From Octopus sinensis (taxonomy: Eukaryota): a DNA stretch of 64,000 nt. The stretch lies in the NCBI RefSeq assembly GCF_006345805.1, contig NC_043005.1, forward strand, positions 36,208,001 through 36,272,000, in the 5' to 3' direction. The notes under the pieces were generated by a model, which saw nothing but the letters and a program-made list of their open reading frames with translations, was not told the DNA's origin and searched no databases. Positions 25,336-38,361 of this stretch are shown here, piece by piece. The translations under genes were made by a program, and so were the position numbers. Position 1 is the first letter of the stretch. Every line of letters starts with the position of its first letter.

Positions 25336-25940
25336 CCTTTTTTTCTTCCCCTTTCTCTTGCTCCTCCTCCTCCCTCCCGTCGTTGACCCGCAACGAGAGC
25401 TCTGCTACTGTCTTTCTGACATGGCTTCCTTGAAGTGTTGACGGCATTTTCTGTTGCTCCTTCGCCGTTCTCAAAAATAGCGTTCGTAATACTTTATCTC
25501 GATCGGTTTAACAGCCCTTCTTGTCTTGTTATTCTCCTTGTCCTGTCTTTTACTGTATATATTTTGTACTGTCGTTACTGTCCTGTTTTTGTTACCATTT
25601 TTACCCCTCCGCAAAAAGATCTCAAATTTTATTTAATTTGCTTTTCGCGGGAAGGAAAGTTTCTATCGAAGATGCGTATCGCCTTCACCTTCGAAACGCA
25701 GAGTAGATGAAACCATGGCGACTGAAGAGGGAAATTTTCCTTGTGTTATTTGTCCTGTACTCTATTTTTTCGTTGTTTAAGAAAAATGTCCAGTTCCTTG
25801 GTTTTGTGTTTATGTTTTCGTTTCTCATTGCGTTCGACGTTTTTTTGGTGTCCTGTACCCATGTATGCATGTATATATACATGTAGAGGTAGGTACGTAC
25901 ATATATGTATGTATATATGCATATGTTTTATTTATTAATT

Positions 25941-25990
<50 letters not shown>

Positions 25991-26093
25991 ATATACATAT
26001 ATGTATAATGAGTGAGAGAGACGGAAAGAGAAAAAGAGAGAGAAAGAAAAAGTTTGAAAGTGAGAGTGAGGGATATATAGATTGACAGAAAGA

Positions 26094-26132
<39 letters not shown>

Positions 26133-26486
26133 CAGGAGGTTGCTTCTCTCCAAAAAAGCCCTGTCAGTAGATAAATAGTCGAAACCATTAATAATTTGAC
26201 CTTCTTGAGGTTTACCCATACAGAGTGTATCGAAAATGAAATTATCTAAAGTGTTAGTGTCCTTATTTACTGATGACAAGGGTTTACTTTGGGGGTAATT
26301 TAGCTGCCATTTTTAGATAGCTGTGCATGCTATGGGAAGCTTTCTTATTAGTTCAACGCTAGATATGTATCAAGGATATGTGTGTGTGTCTTTGTATGTG
26401 TATGTGTGTTTTTAACATGCGTGTCTATGTATATATGTATGTATGTTTGTATGTATACATGTATCTATCTGTCTATACACACACAT

Positions 26487-26549
<63 letters not shown>

Positions 26550-26840
26550 CATACATATATGTATGTGTGTGTGTGTATATGTGTATGTAAATATATATAT
26601 TTATTTATATACATATATACTTAGAAATCACTAAATCAGAAAATCTAAACTGTATTTTTCTTAAGCTATTTCTTTTACCTGTCTACCTATCTCTCCGTCT
26701 GCCTGTCTGTCTGATCGTCTGTCTGTCTGTCTGTCTGTATGTATGTATGTATGTATGCATGCATGTATGTATGTGTGTGGTCGTCTCGGTGTGCGTTTGT
26801 ACGTGTATGCATTCGTGTGTGTATACATATACATACAGAG

Positions 26841-26889
<49 letters not shown>

Positions 26890-27007
26890 TATATATATAA
26901 CGTATATGTATATATATATATGTATATGTGTGTGTATATAATATATATATAAATATAAATACATATATATACTTATATATATATATATATATAATATATA
27001 TATATAT

Positions 27008-27050
<43 letters not shown>

Positions 27051-27316
27051 ATACACACACATACATATGCGCATACATGCATATATTTTTTCTCTGTTGG
27101 CAAAAAATCTTGAATAAACTGAACTTTGACATACATACACACATACATACAAACATCTATTACAGAAAATCAAACCCCACCCCACACCTTCCTGCTTTCA
27201 ACTACATTTTATCGTATTATATTTTGTATTAATTCAATTTGATTTGATTTAATTTATTTCACTCTTCTCCTTTACCCTCCTAATCCCTCTTACTAACGCT
27301 TTACCCCCTTAGCTTA

Positions 27317-27368
<52 letters not shown>

Positions 27369-27396
27369 CATATGTACATATACATATGTATATATT

Positions 27397-27520
27397 CATA
27401 GTGTACACGAATATATATATATGTATATATATGTATATATGTATATATGTATATATATATATATATATATAAATATATATACATATATATACATATATAT
27501 ATATATTCGTGTACACTATG
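27397..27520. repeat. Fold-back inverted repeat around a TA-rich spacer
   Basis: catagtgtacacgaatatatat... and ...atatattcgtgtacactatg are reverse complements; pairing extends about 45 bp into the TA/TATG tract. Confidence 0.85.
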
Positions 27521-27859
27521 TAGATAAGTACGTATATGCTATATGCGTGTGCGTACATACATATATGTATATATGCATATAGTCATGTGATGCTTATCTT
27601 GCGGCGCGTAGAGTATGCGCAGTGAAGTTCAATTTGAAATAGGTTACTACACGCCGTCCATCATATGCAGTCTACAATTCCACAGTTGAATCGCCACTAA
27701 TAGTGACGTAGACCGAAATGATTTATGAGGCTGACCGAACCTGACCTTCTACTTATCGACGACACGTGAACAGAACACTTTCAGAATCAAGTGATCTGCC
27801 CAGAAATTAAAAGAAACACGAGAAGTAGATATTTCGAAATTTTACGCTTGTATCGGTCT

Positions 27860-27875
27860 CTAATGTAGTAGTAGC

Positions 27876-27920
<45 letters not shown>

Positions 27921-27999
27921 TGTAGTAGTAGTAGTAGTACTAGCAGCAGTAACAGCAGCAGCAGCAGCAGCAGTACTAGTAGTAGTATTTGTAGTAGTT

Positions 28000-28063
<64 letters not shown>

Positions 28064-28080
28064 TAGTTGCCGCCGCCGCC

Positions 28081-28134
<54 letters not shown>

Positions 28135-28180
28135 ATGATGATGATGATGTTGTTAACGATGATGATGATAATGATGATGA
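27860..28180. repeat. (TAG)n/(CAG)n/(GAT)n compound trinucleotide repeat
   Basis: Directly visible. Confidence 0.95.
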
Positions 28181-28184
28181 TCCT

Positions 28185-28690
28185 TTCCACTATAGGCACA
28201 AGGCCTGAAATTTGGGGAATGCGGTAAATTGATTTCATCGACTCCAGTTTCTCTGGTATTTCATTTATCGACCCCAAAAGGATAAAAGGCAAAGTCGATC
28301 TCGGTGGAATTTGAACTCAGAAGATTAAAAGGACGAAATACCGCTAAGCATTTTACTGGCGTGCCAACGATTCTGTCAGGCAATTTCGTCTGTCCTTACG
28401 TTCTACCGAGGCCGACTTTGCCTTTCATCCTTTCGGGGTCGATAAATGAAGTACCAGTGAAAAACTGGTCTCCTCCCACCAATTTTCCAGCCTCGTGCCT
28501 TTAATAGAAAGGATTATTATTGTTACTATTGAGGCGGCGAGCACATTGAGCGAAATGCTTTCGTTCGCATTTGCGTTCTGAATTCAAATTTAGCCGAGGT
28601 CGACAAGTACCAGTTAAAAATTGGGTCGATATTAGCGACTTAACCACTCTCCCGAAATTGCTGGCCTTGAGCCAAAATTTGAAACCATCA
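28185..28690. mobile_element. Cluster of family B SINEs in both orientations
   Basis: Minus copy at about 28185-28370 abuts plus copies at about 28385-28510 and 28533-28690. Confidence 0.8.
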
Positions 28691-29018
28691 TTATTAGTTG
28701 TAGTTTTCGCTTGTTTTCCACTGGAGTATTGAATGAGGCAGGCATTATATGGACAGTTTACAGAGTGGCATTTACATAAAAGATGGGGTGGGGAGAAATG
28801 GAGAGAAGCGTAAGTGAAGTTTAAGTATATATAATATAAATACGGACACATGAATAATACTGTAAAACCACCAATGAAAGAGTCTCACACACACAGGATC
28901 ATCCTGATAACGAAGGGGCGTAAGCCCCAAGCTCTTGCCCATCTGTTGCTCTCCAGTTTGCAAGTGGATGCTTAGAATAGATCCAGTCACCCAAACTATT
29001 TTTAACATAGTCACCTAC

Positions 29019-29169
29019 CTTTTGGCAAATTCAGCACTTCCCTCTCCAAAGTCACTTTCCATTGCAATGGGAACTTTAAAAAGTCGATGAGGGCTTAGCC
29101 GAAGAGAAGGATGTCTGTTCTCAATCCTTTCAGCGTCTGTCAAGTTTATCCGCCCGCTTTTTTTGGGCC
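29019..29169 (-). CDS. Candidate minus-strand exon (possible first coding exon MESDFGEGSAEFAK)
   Basis: Strong donor AAG|GTAGGT at 29018. ATG at 29062 in context gcaATGG. Frame open for 50 codons from a weak acceptor at 29170. Ends in phase 2. Confidence 0.25.
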
Positions 29170-30577
29170 CTAACAATACCCACTCATACATATCAACAAC
29201 ACTCACACATAGCCCCCAAAACACTAACAGTCACACTCCCCACCCCGCATCGTCACATACACGTACACATGCATGCATACACACACATAACGAACAAATG
29301 CAAACACACGCTCACACGCACACACACGCTCCTTCACGAGAAACACTAACTTAGTCTACCCTAAACTACCCAAACTGCAAGCCTTTGTATAAAGCTAGTT
29401 ACAATGTGATACTTAATTTCAGGTCTTTACCGCCTCAATTAACTCTAATGAATTCATTAATATTGTAGAAATGTTGCATTTGATGACGGAGTTTTAGTAA
29501 TTGATTGTTGTGACGTTGATGCCTTTCACATTTGTATTAAGTAATTGAATAACGTAAACCGAAACCAAAACGGTTAACGAATTAGATATCGTAAACCGAA
29601 ACTAGGCCGAGAACTCAATTCCACAAGAAGTTGCTACTCCCACGCTATGTTTCTTCCAACTACTATCGTTGGTGAATCCATAGGGACATACGGATAAAAT
29701 ATCTGATAAGCAATGTTTCGTGTCAGTGCAAGAATTGATCAGTAAAAACAAGACCGCAAATATAGGACAATGTTTTTCTATGTTCACTCATCCGGTAAAG
29801 GATTAATAGGAAGGCCGCCGGCGCATGAATCTACGATTATATTTCATAGATTTGCATGCTGCATTTACGCACGAGTTGATTTGTGAAACGTTTGTAACTT
29901 TGACAGCCGTGCTTATTTTCCTTTGCCGAATTATCTAAAGTAATTTATCTGCAAATTAACGTGGAGCACGGAGAAAATAAAATTCCTCGAGAACGAAAAA
30001 CCTGCTCGGTAAAACTATTTTTAATTAGAAATTTACCTGAATATTCACTTATTGAAACACAGAAAGAAGCTTTTGTGAGAATTCTATTTACTGATTTTCT
30101 TTTATCATTCCGTTATCATCATCATTTCCATCATTAATCCATTAAAATGATGTTGCATATTTCTGATGCATCAATGGATTTGCTTGCATGTGACTCAGCT
30201 ATACAGTTACCATTCTTATTCATTTTTATTTCATATCTACTCACGTGCTTGCGTGTATATACGTAAATGTCTGTGTATGTATGTGCCTCTCCTAATATGT
30301 GTAAACCTAACACTAATTTCATTTCGTGTAGATAGCTGGCCAATTTTTCTTTCTAATACCTGTTTGTCAATCCGTTTGCACCTACATTTCACCGAGAGGG
30401 TTCATAGCTTGTTTCTCTTCTTTATAAAACCTATCTACTCATGACACCGTAAATAATTACTAACGTATTGTTAATTTTGTTGCTCTTGTTTTTGTCGTGT
30501 ACCTTTCGTTGAAATTCTGCACCGACTTACACATTTTGAGTACTGTAATTCTCTTCTCTTATAAATGCATTTAATTT

Positions 30578-30633
<56 letters not shown>

Positions 30634-32789
30634 TTTTCTACATTGCGATAGAACTTTCCATATCCATCAACATAAACTTTCTCACTCCTGTATGTTCTGA
30701 AAATGTAACTTTCCCAAATAAAGTGCAGTTCGTATTCAAGATCTGATGAAGCTATAGGATGTCATCCGGTACCCAACTAAGTGTCTACTACATCTGATAG
30801 CAGAAACAGATGTAAGCTAATGAAATTCATTACATAACATTTGTTTCTTTCTGGTGTCATCTCTATTTTCTATTACCACTCTATACTCATATAACATTAT
30901 GTTCTGGACCATACGTACATTGAGTTCTACACCATTGAGTTCTACTCGCAATGCTTAAGTGAAATGTGTGGTGTGTGCGTGTGCGTGCGTGGTTTGTGCG
31001 TGGTTGGGTGGGTGTTTGTATGTATGTATCTATGTATGTATTTGTATAAAGTAAAATATGCTTTCGTCGTCGCTTCTTGAATGTGCGAAATCATGTTTCA
31101 TTTCTAGATGGCCGACTTTAACTTTCGGTTGACACTCTCCATACATAATAGAGTTGTCGTCATGTTTCTGTTTAATGTTTTGTTTAATTCTCTATTCCAA
31201 TATTATAATGCACGACCACAATCGCCCATTCGTTGATCGCATTTATGAAATTCTCTGAATTAAGTTTTGACTTCAAAATAAGTTTTACTTCTTTCAAATA
31301 TGTGGCCTACATTTTTTTCTTCACTTCTTAATGTACTATATCATCAAGTTCTACTATTCGTAGATACATGTATCCATTATCATGAGGTCCTAAAATCCTC
31401 CATCTCATCATGGCTACAGTTCCTGGATGGCAAGCCGGTATGGTTTCTCTAGGACACGTCTTTTAGTAGTTCATTTCTTTGACGGAGCTGCAATCTTGGA
31501 TCAAGACCAAGATTAGGTACCTGGCACATGGAAAGTCGCCAGGGGCTCACCACATTCTATCAGAGGGGCACAGTGGTCGGTGGGAGGTATATGTAGCAAT
31601 ATAAAGAAATCCGGAGGTGCATAGATGATGTTCTGGGGTAACGCGGTGTCGAGGTGGATGAACTATTATAGCTGGTCAGTTTCAGACCGAGAACTACCAC
31701 GGGTAAGCTTTAGAAATGTCTACCCTGGCAGTTCTTCTGAAGGGCACTGTCACTTCGGGATAAACTTGACAGACACAAAAGTGCCGCCAGGTAAGACTGC
31801 CCGTTATGAACACAGTGCGACTAAATTGTATGTACGTACTCGCGAAATTTACGAATTATGGAGTTAGGTTAAACAGATTTGTTGCATGTAAGACAAATCC
31901 GACTATCGCTAAGTCCCTTGTGGGAGATAAATGACATTTGCCTCGTTAATTTTACGTCGAGATAAGAACCTTGGGACAAATTAGCGAACAGTTGGAATTC
32001 AACTTGCAACTGAAACAATAGAATGTTTGCATTACAAAATTAATTCTCATCCGTCCTTAACCTCTGATCAAACACCAGCAGGGTATATAGTCATTATAAA
32101 CATATCGTAGTCATGATATTTAGCTGTCTCTAGCTTTGGGCCACAGGAGCTAGCTTGAAAGCCGCATTCCGTGCGGACTTTAAAGCTAGTGTTTAATAAA
32201 ATGAAGACTATTCTAAAAGTTTTTAAACTTGTCCAACGCCATGAGGAATAAAGAAGAGTTAAAATGAAGTGAACTGAAATTTTGTTCTGTCCTTTCCATT
32301 ATTAAATCGTGGTGGTCGTAGTTGGATGGGGAACTTATTTCCCAAATACTTTCGTGGTGTCTCCTGATATCAATCGGTTTTAAGAACCACTAAGTGGGGT
32401 CATTCATTGGCTTTCATCCTACCTCAATTAAGTGGAAGTTGTTGTTGTTAGCATCTTGGTGCAGTTGTTGTTATTGTTACTGCTGTTGTTGTTTCTGCTG
32501 CTGTTGCTGTCTTCTTCTTCTTCTTCTTCTTCTTCTTCTTCCAATCAGGACTCACGCCATTAGCCACAAAGAATAATCTCTAATTCGAGCCTACTCTAAG
32601 CTACTAAGAATGCGTGTGGCAACTTGAAGATCCACCCACCACACGCGATAGACTGGCGATTGCACGGGCGCGAAAGCTACGTTGTTATCCTCATTCCGTA
32701 AACGGTGGCTTTTAAAGGGTTGAGAGCTGAACCATCCTGGGGTACAGAGGATTCGCAATCTAGATTAGGGTCTGAAAGTTTACCACACC

Positions 32790-33013
32790 ATAGTGGGTTA
32801 CACCATGGTTCCTTTGCTTTGTGACAGAAGTAGGAAGAACGAGTGAGAGAAAGTTGTGATGAAAGAGTACAGTGGAGTTCAACCCTTCCCCCACCGGAGC
32901 TTCGTGAAGCTTAGGTATTTTTGCTCAATAAACACTCAAAATGCCCGGTCTGGGAGTCGAAACCGTGTTCTTACGACCGCGAGTACGCTGCCCTAACCAC
33001 TGGGCCATTGCGC
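32790..33013 (-). mobile_element. tRNA-derived SINE (family C), 5' part
   Basis: Minus: gcgcaatggcccagtggttagggcagcgtactcgcggtcgtaagaacacggtttcgactcccagaccgggc... with A/B boxes. Confidence 0.75.
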
Positions 33014-33579
33014 TTCCTGCTGCTGCTGCTGTTGTTGTTGTTGGCTTGTTGATGCTGTTGTTGTTTAGCGCAATTTCAGACATGATTAAGAAGACCTATC
33101 AGCGCAATTTGAGATAAGTTTGGCTTCGATTTCTTGCAGGTCACACTACCATGTGGTGTCTCTCTTCCTGGATTAAGTTCCATTATTGTTGCTGGTGTTG
33201 TTGTTTAACTCAAGGCCAGATCTGATTGAGCAAACACACGATGAAATGTATTTTAGCCACGACCATCCCTTCTTTTATTTAGCCATTGTCTTCTATCTAA
33301 TACTTCACTAGCCTATGTAGACTTACAGCTGGTCGGGCGATGCAAAGCATCCTCTTCGTTGGTTTGTTTAATCTCGGAATTATATGCATTGCGTATGTTA
33401 TGATAATGGTGATGAATGGTGATAATTTGTGCTACATGCAGAAATAATTGATCCGGCTACATAACCACAACATTGTTCTAGAAAGATTTCTAAGGCTTGA
33501 TTGAATCACTTTCTTTTGGGGGACTAATGCAGAATCGCTCCCTCCTTGAAAAATGCATTTTTTTATAGTCTTGTTTTTC

Positions 33580-34754
33580 GGATTCCTAAGCTTTAGATAA
33601 CGGAGATTATGAATATGTAAATCCACCCGACCTTTTCAAATTTCACCCCTCTCTCCCTCTCCCCAATTTGAATTTTGAACATTTGCAAAAATTTTTTATT
33701 AAAATCACCTTTTCCAAATTTAAAATCCCGACCGCAAACTTCCCTTGCCCCTAATTTTAAATTTTAAAAATGTTATCCTCACTCTCCAGCGGACCTGAAG
33801 CACAGTCCCCAGCCCCACCTAAAATAGACCCTCCGATTTTTTTTCAGCGGATTCCTGTTTTCGATGACGAAGATTCCGCTTATGCAAGAAACCACTTTCT
33901 CAAAATTTTAAATTTCTCCTTCACTCCCAAATTTCAAAATTAAAACTTCCTTTCGATTTTTTTTTATTTGTTTTTCAATCTACGTGGGAAAATACGGGGA
34001 TTACGATTTGAGGGAAAACATTTCGGAGGATAATGCAAGGCACAGAAAAAAGGATTTCTTATTCCAATTGATGATAGGAAAGAAGAAACTTTGATGGTAT
34101 TGATAGAAGAATGGACTGAGCCGTGATCAGTAATATATTCCGATAAATGGAGTTCGTATAAGAACATTGAAGAGAATCTATGCCTCAAACATTACAGTGT
34201 CAACCATTCGGACCATTTCGTTGTCCCCATTACTGGTTACCTTAGAAACTCTGTAGAACGTATGTGGGCAAATGCAAAAGCCAAATTTAAGACAATGAAT
34301 GGACCCACAAATAGATAACTAATTGACCAGCATTTATCTGAATTTATATGGGCTAGGGCGATTTGGAACAAATGCGTTTTATCATTTTTGGCGTTAAATT
34401 GCGTCGCATATGTGTAAATTGTAGATCATATATTTGATATTGTCGTTTCAGTTTCGATTTTTAATGTATTGCATATTGAAGTGTGGAAATTTCATTAAAG
34501 CAGGTATGTAAAGTGCACTTCTGATGTTCATTTGGTTAAACTGTAGAAATTGTTGTTTTGATACTGCTGTTAAAACCCTGTATTTTCCCACGTCGTTTGA
34601 AATTAAAAATTTCGAAAAAAGCTTAAAATAAAAAATTTGGTGGTGGGGGAATATAGAATTTTGTAAACGTGGTTCCTTACATATTCGGAATCTCCGTCAT
34701 CGAAAACGAAGGAATCCGCTGAAAAAAGAGCAAAAAAACCGGAGAGGTCTGTTT

Positions 34755-34793
<39 letters not shown>

Positions 34794-35015
34794 GGGTGAC
34801 TGTGCGAAAGGTCTACCTGAGCGGCGGAGGTGACATTTGCAAAATTTAAAATTTGGGGGAAGGAGAGGTTGAGGTGGGAATTTTAAATTTGGAAAGGGTG
34901 GTTAAAAAAATTCGAAAAAATTCAAAATTTATGATGGGGTAAGGAGAGAGCGAGGGAATTTGAAAAGGTGGGTTTTTTTTTGCATATTCGTAATCTCCGA
35001 TATCTAAAACGTGGT
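33580..35015 (+). mobile_element. Merlin (IS1016/ISXO2-like) DNA transposon, internally deleted, long TIRs
   Basis: 33977-34360 reads FGG*CKAQKKGFLIPIDDRKEETLMVLIEEWTEP*SVIYSDKWSSYKNI...HYSVNHSDHFVVPITGYLRNSVERMWANAK...DQHLSEFIW, matching Merlin SDxWxxY, VNHS and NxxExxW motifs. About 33580-33960 and 34600-35015 are imperfect inverted repeats. TSD not found. Confidence 0.85.
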
Positions 35016-35879
35016 CAAGAGTACTCTGCCAAATATCGGTTACATATTAGGTTAGAGAGCCATCAACTTTAAGTGAGAGTAGCAGTCAATTACGTCAAAC
35101 GCAAGAATATATTTAATTTATTGACTCAGGAGCTTGAAAGATAGAGTGGACTCAGGTAGGATTTGATCCCAGTCACAGATAATAAAAGGACATAGCTAAA
35201 TACTGTAAAGAATTTTGTCTCCAAGCTAGTACCCCCAACAACCCCTAAAAAATATCAATGAGTGTTTGTTCAATTAATACCACCAAAATGACGTCAGAGA
35301 GAATACGAAACTCTTACATGTATGCAATAACAATTCTAACATTTGAACCAAACCAGGCATACAGTACAAGAAACAATTACTTAAATCGATTCCAGTACTT
35401 AACTGTAACTGACTTCAACGACTCTAAAACAAAGGCTTCTGTTGAGATTTGATCTCAGAACGTAAAGATGCGTAAACTCAGCCCCCTATCCATTCTGCTG
35501 TCCTCCACCCTTAAGTAGATTTAACATCAGCTACAGCTGGAGTAAGTCAGGAGTTGTTGTAAAGGTGTCAATTATACTAATTAAAAGACTAATCATTTTA
35601 TTAATTGGCTAATAGGACATACTAATTAAGAAATATATCGCTTTCCAATTGAAGTTGTTTACAAATTAATGTTTATTTATTACTTTTTATGTAGATCTGT
35701 CTCAGAAAGTATGGCTCTTATCAATATTATTTCTTTGGTGTGGTTCTTTCTTTCTTTTTCTTTTTCTTTTTTTCGTTGTCCGTATTACAATTACATATCA
35801 ATTTGGTGTTGATTTTATTATTGTCTAGACATCCGCCATCCCGCCAAACCGACATTCCTCGAGTAGACCTTTCATAAAA

Positions 35880-36255
35880 GGGTGTGTAGTTGAAGAAACT
35901 CGATTTGTAACCATGTGGTTTCAGGTTCAGTCTCATTGCGTGACACTTTGGGCAAGTGTATTCTACTACTGTCTCGGGTTGACCATTCCATGGAAATAAA
36001 TTTCGGAGACAGAAACTGTGTGGAAGCCTGCTGTGTATATGCGTATATGTGTGTCTTTGTGTTAGTATTGATTTCACTCAACCCGCTTGATGATTTTATA
36101 CGTCCATGTAACGTAGTGGCTCGGCATAGGAGTCCGATACATTAAATTCGTGTACAAAACGCTTAAGTACTGAGGTTGATTGTTCAAATAAAACTCTTCA
36201 AGGCAGTGCCCCAGCATGGTTGCAGTCCAGTAACTAAAACAATTAAAACATGTAA
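35880..36255 (+). mobile_element. SINE family A, diverged
   Basis: Head ccatgtggtttcaggttcagtctcattgcgtgacactttgggcaagtg and tail aaggcagtgccccagcatggttgcagtc. Confidence 0.7.
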
Positions 36256-36529
36256 AAGATAACTCGTTGCGTGGGAATCCAGTAAGATTCGAAATAAAAA
36301 TCAACCCTATCAAAGGCGGATGAACGCCTTGAGAGCCGAAGGTACACATATTCTGGAGTAGGTATAGGTGCTACCGGGTTTATTAAATCATTGAACACTT
36401 AAATCGAAGTTATTTCATCATCAATCCCTGTGCACTATTTCCCTTTGTCCTAGGATTCATCCGACCCCTGTTACACAGTATTTTATGACCGAGATCACAA
36501 AATTCCCTTAGAAGGGGTGACCATCCGTC

Positions 36530-36870
36530 GCGAGGCTACTCATTTACAGCTGGGTGGAGTAGAGCAACGATGAAATGACGCATTTCGCTCAAGAACACAA
36601 TGCACAACCTGGTCCGGTAATAGAAACCACGATGTTCCGATCGTGAGTGCAAGACCCTAACCGCTAGGCCACGTGCCTTTCCTAATGGAAGTTATGTCAA
36701 TATTTATTCCAATATATGTTTAAGTCCTGAGTTCAAATTCCGTCGAGGTCGACTTTACCTTTCATCCTTTTGGGGTTGATAAAATAAATACTAGTTGTGT
36801 ACTGGAGTCGAAGCAATCGACTTAACACTCCTCGAGATTGCTGGCCTTGTGACAAAATTTGAAATCAGTA
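36530..36870. mobile_element. Family C SINE head (minus, 36530-36680) and family B SINE (plus, 36720-36870)
   Basis: Minus tRNA-like head ggcacgtggcctagcggttaggg...; plus gagttcaaattccgtcgaggtcgactttacctttcatcc. Confidence 0.7.
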
Positions 36871-37966
36871 TTTATGTTTATATTGAACAGTCCGGTTAAG
36901 CATAAAAGATGGCCAATACTTAACGGGGTAGAAAAAAATGTTAAAAAGTGACCAGGTACCTACCCCAACAGTAGAAATTCTCTAGGAACGCCTCATTAGG
37001 AATTGATTTATCCAGAATATCCTTCATTTTTTAAGGGGAAATTTGACTTTTATTTCTAGGTGGACGAATAACGAAGTAGAAACTTTCTCGTTGAATCGTG
37101 ATAAAACTGAAGAGGTGCAACTCTGAAGGATATCAAGTTCCTGTTTTCGTCAATTCTTCTGATATCTAGTGTATTAACAAGAGACATATATTAAGGTGAA
37201 CTTTACTCCAAATCAGACAAATTACATTTAATCTGAACTATGATTTGACTCCAGGCATAAAAAAAAGCATTCTCAAAAGATACGGCGAGGTTCAATTTAC
37301 ATGCACTCATACATCACTATTAAAATTTGTCGATTCCAAATTAAATTGCGGCATCTATTAAGCTATTATATTTTTCTCAAAAAATCGTGTTTAACATTAT
37401 GTGAGGGGGAGAGTATATATTTATATATAAATACATACACATAAACACATACGCACATACATACATACATACATACATACATACATACATACATACATAC
37501 ATACACACACATATACATACATATATATATATATATGTAAGCATGTGGGTATGTGTCTGTGTGTGCGTGTGCGTCTATGTGTGTGTGTGTCCATGTGTGT
37601 ATGCGACTTCACATTCGTCCTTTCGTAAAAATTTGATTAACTAATGTAATCTTAAGGAAATATTAACACACATATTAGGTATATGCGTGCGTTAGACTGT
37701 ATGTGTATGTATATATATGTGTATGTATACATGTATGTATAGACACACACACGCAAGCGCACAAGCACATACACACATATGCATGCATATAAGTGTCTAA
37801 TCTCTTCCATTTTTTATATGATAATACAGATACACACACACACACATATATATATACACATCTATCAATCTATCTTTCTATCTATCTATCTATATTTATA
37901 TAAGAATTTTAGCATAATGAGATAAAAAAACCAAGGCTGTGTAGATATTAGAACATTTATAGATAG

Positions 37967-38018
37967 GTCTTACAGCTGTTTCCAGAATATTTATTAATTA
38001 TAGCCCTTCATCGGAGAC
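37967..38018 (-). ncRNA. Variant hammerhead-like motif in a Penelope-like repeat
   Basis: Minus: GTCT-CCGATGA-A-GGG...TCTG-GAAA-CAGCTG-T-A-AGAC. Palindromic stem III, 4-bp stem I, U4C change, weak stem II. Confidence 0.45.
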
Positions 38019-38361
38019 GGTGTGCGAGGATGGTTGAGCCATAGTTAGTTTAGATGTGATACAAAATAGAGAGTGAGGTGGAGGAAAGAAAATAGATGCG
38101 AGATATGTATGTACATATCTTTTTTTTTTATCTCATTACACAAAAAATTCTTATATACATACACTGACATAGAACCAACGTTGAACCCCTTACACACGCT
38201 GACATAGAACCAACGTTGAACCCCTTATTCGCAAAATCACCGAATCTGGAACTTAACTATGGTCTGTCTATAGCACTTAATCAGCATTACCTGACACCTT
38301 TGGGTTTCAATGACACCATTATCTCTTATAACCTCAACTTCTATCTATATTTATATACATA

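Noticed and set aside
25935-26279. Minus ORF beginning SSVNKDTNTLDNFIFDTLCMGKPQEG
   Set aside because: TTG start, runs into (CT)n, and its splice phase does not fit neighbouring candidates.
29602-29787. Signal-peptide-like minus ORF
   Set aside because: It begins with GTG immediately after a stop; no ATG or convincing acceptor in that frame.
31340-31870. GC-richer stretch with an 80-aa ORF and faint RT-like words (GKSPG, ENYHG)
   Set aside because: Motifs fall in different frames with many stops; possibly an ancient LINE but too weak to call.
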